A DNA stretch of 14,164 nucleotides, taken from positions 1-14,164 of the forward strand of contig JAYVCD010000203.1 in assembly GCA_043750125.1 (NCBI GenBank), given 5' to 3'. This document shows, in pieces, positions 1 through 9,213 of the stretch (position 1 is its first letter; each line of letters opens with the position of its first letter). The translations under genes and the position numbers were made by a program. Below the pieces are notes generated by a model, which had not been told where the DNA came from, ran no database searches, and saw nothing but the letters and a program-made list of their open reading frames with translations. The stretch is from Archangiaceae bacterium (GTDB lineage Bacteria; Myxococcota; Myxococcia; Myxococcales; Myxococcaceae).

Positions 1-137
1 CGGGCGGTCTGTTCTCTGTGGCACTTTCCTGCGGATCGCTCCGACTGGCCGTTAGCCAGCACCCTGTCCTATGGAGCTCGGACTTTCCTCCCGCCACCCA
101 ACCCTGCAGTGACCGGCGTACACCCGAGCTGCTCCGG
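1..137 (-). ncRNA. rnpB: RNase P RNA, bacterial type A (5' portion; 3' part lies outside the window)
   Basis: The reverse complement reads GGAGCAGCTCGGGTGTACGCCGGTCAC...GGGAGGAAAGTCCGAGCTCCATAGGACAGGGTGCTGGCTAACGGCCAGTCGGAGCGATCCGCAGGAAAGTGCCACAGAGAACAGACCGCC. It contains the conserved GAGGAAAGTCC motif, a P8-like hairpin CTGGC-TAACG-GCCAG, a P9-like hairpin CGGA-GCGA-TCCG and the AGTGCCACAGA(G)AA-AGACCGCC motif. The 5' end is approximate (about 135-137). Confidence 0.95.
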
Positions 138-175
138 CGGCTTCCGGTTAGCACAGCCGCCGAAGCCGACGAAGG

Positions 176-1165
176 TCATCGCGCTCGAAAGACCCGAAAC
201 AGGGCCCACAGCGACGGACCCAGCAGCAGCCCCCCCACCGCCACCGCCGGGAAGAAGGTTGAAAACACCACTGCCGGGCTCGCCGCACCCGCCACCGAGA
301 CGTCCGGGAGCACGAAGTGCCAGTTCATCGCCGCGCCCCAGCCGATCACCACCATGCTCACCTGGGCCGCCACCGTCACCCGGGCGAGGTGAAAGCGACG
401 GGTCCACAGCGCGGCGATCGTCGCCACCGCGCACGCCAGCGTCGTCAGCTGCAGCGGCCAGGTCCACCCCGATTCACTGAGCCGCGCGAACAGCCACGGA
501 GCGTCGACCCGTGCCCGGAACAACGCCGCCGCGGCAAACAGGGCCGCAACGAATTCCGCCGCCAGCGCGTACCTTCGAAAATCGGCGCGCACCGCCTCGG
601 GGCTGGCCACCGTCATGTAGACCGCGGCGAGCAGCGCAAACAGCGCCACCGCCAGTCCCCCCACCCCCAGCGCGAACGGAGTCAGCCACCCGGCGAGGAA
701 GCCGCTGGTCACCTCGAGGCCGGTGACGCGAATGGCGCCGGAAGAGATCGCCGCCAGACTCATTCCCAAAAATACCGGGGTCAGCACGCTCGCGCCTGCG
801 AACACCCGGCCGAAGGAAGTGCGGCGCGCCTCGTTCTGAAGCCCGTAGGCCCGAAAGCTGAAGGCCGCTCCGCGCAGCACGATGCCGATCAGCGCGAGGG
901 TTACCGGAATGTGGAGCGCGACCGAGATCACCGAGAACGCGGTCGGAAACAACGTGAACATCGCCACGATCAAAAAGATGATCCAGACGTGGTTCGCTTC
1001 CCAGATGGGGGCGATCGCGTGCTCGAGCGCTTCTCGTTGCGCTTTCGCGCGCGGACCCCGGGCGATCAGGTGCCAGAAGCCCGAACCAAAGTCGGCGCCG
1101 GCGGTGAGCACATACGCGTTCAAGGCGGCGCCAATCAGCAGGTAGCCGAGCTGAGGGCCGTTCAC
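176..1165 (-). CDS. cydB: Cytochrome bd quinol oxidase subunit II
   Basis: 329 aa polytopic membrane protein with GADFGSG, PIWEANHVW and LRGAAF motifs; 4-bp overlap with the cydA stop; GTG start. Confidence 0.93.
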   Translation of the reverse strand: MNGPQLGYLLIGAALNAYVLTAGADFGSGFWHLIARGPRAKAQREALEHAIAPIWEANHVWIIFLIVAMFTLFPTAFSVISVALHIPVTLALIGIVLRGAAFSFRAYGLQNEARRTSFGRVFAGASVLTPVFLGMSLAAISSGAIRVTGLEVTSGFLAGWLTPFALGVGGLAVALFALLAAVYMTVASPEAVRADFRRYALAAEFVAALFAAAALFRARVDAPWLFARLSESGWTWPLQLTTLACAVATIAALWTRRFHLARVTVAAQVSMVVIGWGAAMNWHFVLPDVSVAGAASPAVVFSTFFPAVAVGGLLLGPSLWALFRVFRAR

Positions 1166-2460
1166 GGCGCGCTCTTCGGAACGTCAAAGACATGCGCGCG
1201 CAGCAAGAACGCCACCACGGCGCCCAGCACCAGGTACAGACAGGTGAAGGCGGTGAACGGGACAATCAGCCCGGGCATCGGAGTCACCGCGTCTGCGGTT
1301 CGCAGAATTCCATGCAGGATCCACGGTTGACGGCCCAGCTCGGTCACCGACCAGCCAGCCTCGAGCGCGATCAACCCCAGGGGACCCGCCGCCATCGCCA
1401 GGGTCAAGAAGCGGCGCGAGAACAACCACTTCTTCCACCACCCCACCGCCCCCAGCGCGCAGACCCCGAGCATCGCCATCCCACACCCGACCATCAGCTG
1501 AAACGCGAGGTGAACCCCGGCGACCGGCGGCCAATCGGCACGGGGCACTTGATCCAGACCTTTAATCTCGGCGTCCAGAGATCCCTTCCCCAACAGGCTG
1601 AGCCCGTGGGGAATCTCGAGGGCGTACCGCAGGACCTTTGCCTCTTCATCGGGCCAGCCGCCCACGCTCAAGCCGGCGCCGCGCCTGGTTTGAAACACTG
1701 CTTCGGCGGCCGCGAGCTTGATCGGTTGGTGCTCGGCCAGATGCTTGGCCGAACGATCTCCACTGAGGATCTGCAGCGGAGTGCTGATCATCGCCACCGC
1801 GAGCGCGATCTCGAAAGCCCGCCGGTGAAAGGCGCTCTTGGGATCCACCCGCAGCCGCCAGGCGTGAATGCCCATCACCGCGAACGAAACACTGGCGTAG
1901 GCGGCGAGCGCGGTATGCGCGGCCTGGGTGGGAAAGGACGGGCTGAAAAACGCGACCCACGGATCGAACCCGACAATCTTTCCGCCCTCGAGCACCAGGC
2001 CGCTGGGCGTGTTCATGAAGCTGTTCACCGCCACCACGAAGATCCCGCTGGCCAACCCACTGAGGCAAACGCCCACTCCGCACAGCAGGTGAATGCGCGG
2101 CGGCAGGCGCTGCCAGCCGTACAAGTACAGCCCGAGAAAGATCGCCTCGAGGAAGAACGCGAAGCCCTCGAGGCTGAACGGCATCCCGACCAAGGGCCCT
2201 GCGTGTTGCATGAAGCGCGGCCAGAGCAGACCCAATTCGAAGCTGAGCACCGTGCCCGAGACCGCCCCGACCGCGAAGAGGATGGCGGTGCCTTTGGCCC
2301 AGCGATGCGCGAGCTCGAGAAAGACCGGGTCCCCCGTTCGCTGATGCCGCCACTGCGCAATTACCATCAGCAACGGCATCGCCATTCCCGCCACGGCAAA
2401 CAAAATGTGGAAGGCCAGAGACATCGCCATCTGACTTCGCGCCGCGAGAAGGTCGCTCAT
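1162..2460 (-). CDS. cydA: Cytochrome bd quinol oxidase subunit I (short Q-loop)
   Basis: 432 aa with ARSQMA..FHILF (heme His), FAVGAVSGT, EGFAFFLEA, QPIKLAAAE (Q-loop K/E), FQLMVG (axial Met) and GWSVTELGRQPW signatures. Confidence 0.96.
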   Translation of the reverse strand: MSDLLAARSQMAMSLAFHILFAVAGMAMPLLMVIAQWRHQRTGDPVFLELAHRWAKGTAILFAVGAVSGTVLSFELGLLWPRFMQHAGPLVGMPFSLEGFAFFLEAIFLGLYLYGWQRLPPRIHLLCGVGVCLSGLASGIFVVAVNSFMNTPSGLVLEGGKIVGFDPWVAFFSPSFPTQAAHTALAAYASVSFAVMGIHAWRLRVDPKSAFHRRAFEIALAVAMISTPLQILSGDRSAKHLAEHQPIKLAAAEAVFQTRRGAGLSVGGWPDEEAKVLRYALEIPHGLSLLGKGSLDAEIKGLDQVPRADWPPVAGVHLAFQLMVGCGMAMLGVCALGAVGWWKKWLFSRRFLTLAMAAGPLGLIALEAGWSVTELGRQPWILHGILRTADAVTPMPGLIVPFTAFTCLYLVLGAVVAFLLRAHVFDVPKSAP

Positions 2461-2542
2461 ACCCGAATGTCGAGTACAGGCATGGCTTCAACAAAACAAC
2501 CGCAGTGCTAAAGCGAGAACATCGCTACCTGATGGAGCCTCC

Positions 2543-3397
2543 ATGTTTCGCTCATCTTCGATTCTCCTCGTAATCCTCACCGCGGGCTGCACTGCGGCCC
2601 AACTCGCAAGCACCTCGGCCGGCTACGCCGACGTAGAGAAGACGGTCGCCCGCGTCTTCATTTCGGACGCGCAGGAAGAAGCGCTCGGGCAACAGATCCA
2701 CGCCGAGCTCGACAAGTCGACGCCCGAAAAGCCGGCGCTGAAGTACTCGACCGACGCGCAGGTCAATGGCTACGTCGAAGGACTCATCGCGCGGCTGACT
2801 CCCCACGCCAACAAGGACCGGACTTCGAATTGGCGGGTGTACGTGATCAACGACCCCAAGACCGTCAATGCGTTCGCCACTCCGGGCGGCCAGATTTACG
2901 TCTACACCGGCCTGCTGTTGACCGCGGACTCCGAGGCCCAGGTGGCCGGGGTGCTCGGGCATGAGCTGGGACACGTCGTCGCGCGCCACTCGGCCCGGCA
3001 GTTGGTGAACGCCTATGGGCTGAACGCGATCAGCGGCGCCGCGTTGGGGAAGGATCCCGGGACCCTGGGGCAGATCGCCGCCGCCGTGGTGGGCAATGGG
3101 GCGATGCTCGCGCACAGCCGTTCCGACGAGAACGAGGCGGACACCTACGGGGTTAAGTATTCGGCCGCCGCGGGCTACGACGCCAGCGGGCTCGCCGGGT
3201 TCTTCGAAAAGCTGATTGCGATTCAGGGCAATACCCCGCGCATCCTCACCTGGATGTCGACCCACCCCGCCTCGGCAGACCGAATTGCCAGCGTGAACCA
3301 GATGATCAGCGATCAAGGCCTGGCCGGACGCGGCGAAGTGGGCGCCGAACGGTTGGCCCCGATCAAACAGCGCATCGCGACGATGCCCGCCCGCTGA
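2543..3397 (+). CDS. M48-family zinc metalloprotease lipoprotein (BepA/YfgC/LoiP-like)
   Basis: Lipobox LTAG-C, NAFATPGG, HELGH (HExxH), SRSDENEAD, STHP; GGAG upstream of the ATG. Confidence 0.9.
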   Translation: MFRSSSILLVILTAGCTAAQLASTSAGYADVEKTVARVFISDAQEEALGQQIHAELDKSTPEKPALKYSTDAQVNGYVEGLIARLTPHANKDRTSNWRVYVINDPKTVNAFATPGGQIYVYTGLLLTADSEAQVAGVLGHELGHVVARHSARQLVNAYGLNAISGAALGKDPGTLGQIAAAVVGNGAMLAHSRSDENEADTYGVKYSAAAGYDASGLAGFFEKLIAIQGNTPRILTWMSTHPASADRIASVNQMISDQGLAGRGEVGAERLAPIKQRIATMPAR

Positions 3398-3446
3398 CGC
3401 TATGATGCCCACGGGCATCGAGCAGGTCACCGACCCGGGATACCGC

Positions 3447-4382
3447 ATGAACCATGATCACGGGCACGCGCACCACCATGGTCATGGGCACGACCACGGG
3501 GGGTCCGCCAAACGCAGCCGGGCCTTCGCGATCGGCGTCGCGCTCAACCTCGGATTTGTCATCGTCGAAGTCGTCTTTGGAGTGCTCTCGCACTCGATGT
3601 CTCTCGTCGCCGACGCAGGTCACAATCTGGGAGATGTTCTGGGGCTGGCGTTGGCGTGGGGCGCGGCCTCTTTGGCCCAACGGACTCCTTCGATTCGCCT
3701 GACCTATGGGTTTCGACGCACCACGATTCTGGCGTCATTGGCGAACTCGGTGTTGCTGGTGCTGGTGACGGGTGGCATCGCCTGGGAATCGATTCAGCGA
3801 CTCTTCCACCCCACCGAAATGAACGGGAAGACGGTGATCATCGTCGCGCTGGTGGGAGTGGTGGTGAACGGGACCTCTGCGCTGCTCTTCATGAAAGATC
3901 GGCAGAATGACCTCAATGTGCGCAGCGCCTTCCTTCACCTCGCTGCAGACGCGGTCCTGGCGCTGGGCGTCGCCCTTGCGGGAGGTCTGTTTCTCTTCAC
4001 CGGCTGGCAGTGGCTCGACCCGGTGGTCAGCATTGCCCTTTCAATCGCGATTCTGGTTGGGACCTGGAACCTGTTGCGCAGCTCGGCCAACCTCTTGCTC
4101 GACGCAGTTCCCGACGCGATCGACCCTGAGAAAGTTCGACGCCTGCTCACGTCACTGCCCGATGTCGTCGAAGTTCACGACCTGCACATCTGGGCGATGA
4201 GCACGACCGAGACTGCGTTGACGGCGCACTTGCTGACGCCGTCGGGCACGTTCGAGCCCCGCTTCATCGGCAATGTCTGCAAGCGTCTGCACGACGAGTT
4301 CGGAATCGAACACGCCACGCTGCAAGTCGAAGCCTCGGACGCGGCGCAAGGGTGTCGGCAAGGGCCCGAAGGCGCGCTCTGA
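3447..4382 (+). CDS. Cation diffusion facilitator (CzcD/ZitB-like Zn/Co/Cd exporter)
   Basis: His-rich N-terminus MNHDHGHAHHHGHGHDH, ADAGHNLGD and HLAAD metal-site motifs, TYGFRR, VHDLHIW, HATLQVE. ATG 3447 is preferred over 3402. Confidence 0.93.
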   Translation: MNHDHGHAHHHGHGHDHGGSAKRSRAFAIGVALNLGFVIVEVVFGVLSHSMSLVADAGHNLGDVLGLALAWGAASLAQRTPSIRLTYGFRRTTILASLANSVLLVLVTGGIAWESIQRLFHPTEMNGKTVIIVALVGVVVNGTSALLFMKDRQNDLNVRSAFLHLAADAVLALGVALAGGLFLFTGWQWLDPVVSIALSIAILVGTWNLLRSSANLLLDAVPDAIDPEKVRRLLTSLPDVVEVHDLHIWAMSTTETALTAHLLTPSGTFEPRFIGNVCKRLHDEFGIEHATLQVEASDAAQGCRQGPEGAL

Positions 4383-4386
4383 CGTT

Positions 4387-5040
<654 letters not shown>

Positions 5041-5041
5041 T

Positions 5042-5707
5042 TCACCAGGCAGGGTGCCGCCTTCGGGTCAATCGCCCCACCCACCACAGTGCGCCGACGG
5101 CCAGCGCCGTCATCACCAACACCATTCCGGCGGCATCGGCATCGCGGTTGGCCTGCACTGCGTCGTAGATGGCCAGCGCCCCGGTCTGGGTCAGCCCCGG
5201 AAGGTTCCCTGCGACCATCAGCGTCACGCCGAAGTCGCCGAGCGCGCGGGCAAACCCCAGGGTCAGGCCGGCGATGATCCCACCCGAAGACAGCGGCAAC
5301 ACGAGGGTGAAGAAGATTCGAAGCGGTCCGGCGCCCAGCGTTTGCGCAGCCCCGATCAAGCGCGGATCCACCTCGTCCATCGCCGCGCGCGCGGACTTCA
5401 CGACGAAGGGAAACGCGGCGAGCGTCGCAGCGACCACCGCGCCGGTGAGCGTGAAGACGATCGACGTTCCGGTGAGGGCCTCGAAGGCCCGGCCGATCGC
5501 GCTGCTGCGCCCCAGCGCCACCAGCAGGTAGTAGCCGAGCACGGTGGGAGGAAGCACCATCGGAGCGGTGAGCAGGGCCTCGATCAACGTGCTGCCGGGC
5601 AACCGAAATTGGGCGAGCAGCCCGGCCACCGCGATGCCCAGCGCTCCGGCAAGAATCGTCGCGACGATCGCCACTTCGAACGAGAGCACCAGCGGCGACC
5701 AGCTCAC
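5042..5707 (-). CDS. modB: Molybdate ABC transporter permease
   Basis: PMVLPPTVLGYYLL, AAQTLGA (EAA loop) and FARALGDFGVTLMVAGNLPG motifs. The GTG at 5707 overlaps the modA stop (GTGA) and is preferred over the ORF-track start at 5824. Confidence 0.92.
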   Translation of the reverse strand: MSWSPLVLSFEVAIVATILAGALGIAVAGLLAQFRLPGSTLIEALLTAPMVLPPTVLGYYLLVALGRSSAIGRAFEALTGTSIVFTLTGAVVAATLAAFPFVVKSARAAMDEVDPRLIGAAQTLGAGPLRIFFTLVLPLSSGGIIAGLTLGFARALGDFGVTLMVAGNLPGLTQTGALAIYDAVQANRDADAAGMVLVMTALAVGALWWVGRLTRRRHPAW

Positions 5708-6477
5708 GGGGCTTTTTCCACCGGGCGCGAGAAACCATACCGGCCCATCAAATCGCGTCCGGCGGGTGAGCGGACCAGCTGCGCGAAGGCCTTGCCCCCC
5801 TCGAAGCTCGAGCCGTGCTTGCACACCACCAGCGCCTGATCGATCGGAGCATGCAGGGCCTCGTCGATCAGGAGCCAGGGGTTGGCCTGGTCCTGCACCA
5901 CCAGCGAGTACGCGACGATCGCCGCTTCGACGTTTCCGGTCTGAGCCAGCTGCAGCGTCTGGCGAACGTTCTCGCCGAACACCAGCCGGGGCTGCACCGC
6001 GTCCCAGACGTGGGCCGACTTGAGCGCGTCGCGCGCAGCCTGGCCATAAGGCGCGTGCTCTGGGTTGGCGATGGCGATTTTGGCGAAGCAGGGGTCGGCG
6101 AGCTCTTCGATCTTTGTGACGGGAAGCCCCGCGCCCTTTCGGGTCCAGATCGCGATTCGACCGCGGGCGTAGAGGGCGCGGGTGCTGCCCTCACACGCTC
6201 CGGCTGTCACCGCCTGGTCGACGAACGAGACGTTGGCCGCGGCGAGCACGTCGAAGGGAGCTCCCTGGGTGACCTGCTGGGTGAGCTGACCGGTCGAGCC
6301 GAAACTGAAGATCACCTTCTGCCCCGATTGCTGCTCGAAGACTTTGCCCAGCTCTTCGAACGCAGCCGCGAGGTCGGCGGCGGCGGCAACGCGCACTGGG
6401 GGGTTGGAGTCGGGCTTCGGCTTGCAGCCGAGCAGGAACAGTCCGGCGAAGATCAGCGAAAAAATCTCGTTCATCAT
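5704..6477 (-). CDS. modA: Molybdate ABC transporter substrate-binding lipoprotein
   Basis: Lipobox LLG-C, VAAAADL, FGSTGQL..Q...GAPFD, IANPEHAPYG, GENVRQ. Start is ATG 6477/6474; an alternative GTG at 6552 overlaps the upstream regulator's stop. Confidence 0.92.
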   Translation of the reverse strand: MMNEIFSLIFAGLFLLGCKPKPDSNPPVRVAAAADLAAAFEELGKVFEQQSGQKVIFSFGSTGQLTQQVTQGAPFDVLAAANVSFVDQAVTAGACEGSTRALYARGRIAIWTRKGAGLPVTKIEELADPCFAKIAIANPEHAPYGQAARDALKSAHVWDAVQPRLVFGENVRQTLQLAQTGNVEAAIVAYSLVVQDQANPWLLIDEALHAPIDQALVVCKHGSSFEGGKAFAQLVRSPAGRDLMGRYGFSRPVEKAP

Positions 6478-6548
6478 CCGCTCAAAACGCGGCGTCCGGT
6501 TGGAACCGGAAGTTGTTGGGACCCGCGGACGCGTCGCCGAAGCGCACG

Positions 6549-7655
6549 TCACGGGGCACCCACCGCGCGGCCGCAGTGCGAGACGTCGTAGCCTCCGACG
6601 CTCGCCAGCTCACGGCGAAAGGGCGCTCCGTTCATCGCGTCCAGCAGTCGAATCAGCCGGGGGTCAGCCAACGAATCGGAAGGGACCACCAGGTCGAACC
6701 GCTCTTCGGCAAGCGGCACGAAGCTCAACCCGTAGGCGAGCGCCACCGGAAGCATCGCGAGGCCCACGTCTGCGAGCCCAAGCGCCACGGCCTGCCCGAC
6801 TTCCAGGGGGGTCGCGACCTGGCGTGCGTGCTTGAGCGCGCGGCGGGGCGAGAGCCTGGCAGCCGTCAGCAATTGGTCGAGCAAGACCCGGGCGCCTGAG
6901 CCCGCCTCACGCGCCGCAAATCGAAGCCCGGGGCGGCCGAGATCCGCCACTCCCCGCAGGTCCAACGGGTTCCCCTTCGCGACCACCAGCCCGGCTTGCC
7001 AGGAAGCCAGCGTGATCAGGGCCAGTCGTTTTCCCCGCTGACGACGGCGAACCGCCGCCAAGTTCGCTTCCCCATTCGGGTCATCGCGCAGGTGGATTCC
7101 CGCCACGTGGGCGTGCCCTGCGGCGAGCGCGTCGAGCGCAGCGGTGCTCGATTGCTGCAGCCACACGAAACGGCCCGGCCCCCGGCGGGTGTTCAGCCGG
7201 TCGACCAGCAGTCCAAGCGCCGGAGCGCACCCCAGCACCAGCACGGTCTCACGCGCCTCGGCCTCGGGCCGAAGCAGCTCGACCCGGACTTTGCCCTCTC
7301 GCGCTCCGGGTACCGCAATCCCGTCTGCCGACAAGCTCACCGTGTCGACCCCGACGGTGGAGAGGGGGTGAGCGACCCACCGAGTTCCAACGTGCACGAG
7401 GCTGACCCGCCCAGGGCGCGGCGAGGTTGAAGTCAGCACCGCCTCGAGATGCTTAAGGGTGGGGGGAATCTCGAACAGCTCTTCGACCCGGCAGCCCAGG
7501 GCCCCCGCAAGGCGCAGGGCAATCGACACCGCTGGGTCCGTTCGACCCGCCTCGATCGCGTTAAGTGTCTGACGGCTGATGCCCGCGCCGGCCGCCAGCG
7601 CACCCTGGGTCAACCCGGCGCGCTCGCGGAGGCTTCGAAGGCCGGAAAGGGACAT
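6549..7655 (-). CDS. XRE-family HTH plus periplasmic-binding-protein-like (molybdate-sensing) transcriptional regulator, VnfR-like architecture
   Basis: N-terminal HTH_3 (LRERAGLTQGALA...ISRQTLNAIEAG..P...ALRLA..LG..VEELF) and C-terminal PBP_like domain (SSTAAL..L..G.AHVAGIHL, GLVV..GNP, REAGSGAR, ADVG, FVPL.EERFDL, GGYD). First gene of the mod operon. Confidence 0.85.
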   Translation of the reverse strand: MSLSGLRSLRERAGLTQGALAAGAGISRQTLNAIEAGRTDPAVSIALRLAGALGCRVEELFEIPPTLKHLEAVLTSTSPRPGRVSLVHVGTRWVAHPLSTVGVDTVSLSADGIAVPGAREGKVRVELLRPEAEARETVLVLGCAPALGLLVDRLNTRRGPGRFVWLQQSSTAALDALAAGHAHVAGIHLRDDPNGEANLAAVRRRQRGKRLALITLASWQAGLVVAKGNPLDLRGVADLGRPGLRFAAREAGSGARVLLDQLLTAARLSPRRALKHARQVATPLEVGQAVALGLADVGLAMLPVALAYGLSFVPLAEERFDLVVPSDSLADPRLIRLLDAMNGAPFRRELASVGGYDVSHCGRAVGAP

Positions 7656-7675
7656 GACGCGAAGTGTTTACATGA

Positions 7676-7693
7676 TGTCGCGTATTCATGACA
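7676..7693. promoter_or_regulatory. Candidate operator TGTC-N10-GACA upstream of the mod regulator
   Basis: TGTCGCGTATTCATGACA dyad 20 nt before the regulator ATG, in an AT-richer patch. Function is inferred. Confidence 0.4.
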
Positions 7694-7785
7694 CGGCAAT
7701 TTCTCGGCCTGGACACCGGCTCCGTCGCCCGCCTTCCTCGTGCAAGCCCCGGCTGCCGAACAGAACTGTGACTTGAGGGGCGCGC

Positions 7786-7806
7786 GATATCTGGATATCT
7801 GTATGT
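7786..7806. promoter_or_regulatory. Candidate ArsR operator
   Basis: GATATCTGGATATCTGTATGT holds two GATATC palindromes and an imperfect dyad ATAT-N3-GATATC-N3-ATGT. It ends 4 nt before the arsR ATG, downstream of a TTGAGG -35-like hexamer (7773-7778). Confidence 0.55.
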
Positions 7807-7810
7807 CTAG

Positions 7811-8167
7811 ATGCCAGACGCTCTTTCATTCTCGCCGGCCTCAAAGTTATTCAAGGCGCTCGGCGACGAAACCCGCCTGAAGATCGTCGCCGTGCTGTCG
7901 CATGGCGAGCTGTGCGTGTGTCACGTCGAGAGCTTGCTCAAACTTTCGCAGCCTTCGGCTTCTCGCCATTTGGGAGTCTTGCGCAGCGCTGGAGTGGTGC
8001 AGGCCCGACGCGAGGGCTCCTGGATGTACTACCGGATCGCTCGTCAACCTGATGACGCCTGCCAGCGGCATTTGCGGTGGTTGGTCGCCGGGTTCGCAAA
8101 GCAGTTGGTGTTGAAGAGAGAAGTCGAGCGCTTGCTCAAGTCCAAAGGTCCGACCGCCTGCCGCTGA
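7811..8167 (+). CDS. arsR: ArsR/SmtB-family As(III)-responsive repressor
   Basis: FKALGDETRLKI, ELCVC metal-binding box, SQPSASRHL..LR..G.V..RREG.W.YY; heads the gapdh-arsJ operon. Confidence 0.92.
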   Translation: MPDALSFSPASKLFKALGDETRLKIVAVLSHGELCVCHVESLLKLSQPSASRHLGVLRSAGVVQARREGSWMYYRIARQPDDACQRHLRWLVAGFAKQLVLKREVERLLKSKGPTACR

Positions 8168-8191
8168 AGCTCAACTGACCGGAAATAAATC

Positions 8192-9205
8192 ATGACGATT
8201 CGAGTTGGCATCAACGGCTTTGGACGAATGGGTCGGCTCGCGTTGCGGGCGGCGTGGGGCGGGTCAGACCTCGAGTTCGTGCACATCAACGAGGTGAAAG
8301 GAGGGGCCGAGACCGCGGCACACTTGCTCAAGTTCGACTCTGTCCACGGGAAGTGGCCGTGTGACGTTCGCGGCAAAGACAAGGCAGTGACGATCGATGG
8401 CAAGCCGCTGAGCTTTTCTTCGGTTTCGACCCCCGGCGAGGCGCCCTGGAGGGAAGCGGGGGTGGACGTAGTCCTGGAGACCAGCGGAAAGTTTCGTACC
8501 ACCGAACAGCTGGCCGCCTACTTCGCCTGCGGGATCAGGAAAGTGGTCGTCGCCGCGCCGGTCAAGGACGGCGGGCTGAACGTGGTGATGGGCGTGAACG
8601 ATCACGAATACCGTCCGGACCAGCACCACATCGTCACTGCTGCTTCTTGTACGACCAATTGCCTCGCGCCGGTGGTGAAGGTGCTCCACGAGGGCCTCGG
8701 CATCCGGCACGGGCACATCACCACCATTCACGACGCGACCAACACTCAGGTGGTCGTCGATGCGCCTCACAAGGATCTACGGCGAGCCCGCGCGGCGGGC
8801 CTTTCGCTCATTCCCACCACGACCGGCAGCGCCACCGCGATCAGCCTCATCTTCCCCGAGCTGAAGGGGAAGCTGAACGGAATGGCGGTTCGGGTCCCGC
8901 TGCTCAACGCGTCTTTGACCGACTGCGTCTTCGAGGTCGCACGCCCGACGAGCGTCGAAGAAGTAAATGGGATGTTGAGGGCCGCCGCTGCGGTCGGACC
9001 GCTGAAGGGAATCCTCGGGTACGAGGAATTGCCGTTGGTGTCTGTCGACTACAAAAACGATCCCCGTAGCGGGATCATCGACGCCCTGTCCACGATGGTG
9101 GTCGATGGCACCTGCGTGAAAGTGCTCGCCTGGTACGACAACGAATGGGGCTACGCGAACCGACTGATCGAATTGGCCCGAAAGGTCGGCCTGGGCCTGG
9201 GCTGA
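8192..9205 (+). CDS. ArsJ-associated glyceraldehyde-3-phosphate dehydrogenase
   Basis: [10 protein letters not shown], catalytic [15 protein letters not shown], and HINE..GG...AAHLL.FDSVHG.W; located between arsR and arsJ. Confidence 0.94.
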   Translation: MTIRVGINGFGRMGRLALRAAWGGSDLEFVHINEVKGGAETAAHLLKFDSVHGKWPCDVRGKDKAVTIDGKPLSFSSVSTPGEAPWREAGVDVVLETSGKFRTTEQLAAYFACGIRKVVVAAPVKDGGLNVVMGVNDHEYRPDQHHIVTAASCTTNCLAPVVKVLHEGLGIRHGHITTIHDATNTQVVVDAPHKDLRRARAAGLSLIPTTTGSATAISLIFPELKGKLNGMAVRVPLLNASLTDCVFEVARPTSVEEVNGMLRAAAAVGPLKGILGYEELPLVSVDYKNDPRSGIIDALSTMVVDGTCVKVLAWYDNEWGYANRLIELARKVGLGLG

Positions 9206-9213
9206 TCAAGTCG

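Noticed and set aside
18..480. ORFs 18..392 (+), 69..467 (-) and 109..480 (+)
   Set aside because: They overlap rnpB and cydB, are low-complexity and have no recognisable motifs.
317..2511. Long plus-strand ORFs 317..1330 and 1192..2511
   Set aside because: Antisense shadows of cydB and cydA, as expected in high-GC DNA; Arg/His/Gln-rich with no domains.
6478..6548. Canonical Moco riboswitch before modA
   Set aside because: The spacer is only about 70 nt and I cannot recognise the motif's conserved elements. Reported only as an unclassified structured element.
8192..9205. Housekeeping glycolytic gapA
   Set aside because: No pgk or tpi nearby; its position between arsR and arsJ and its sequence features indicate the ArsJ-associated type.
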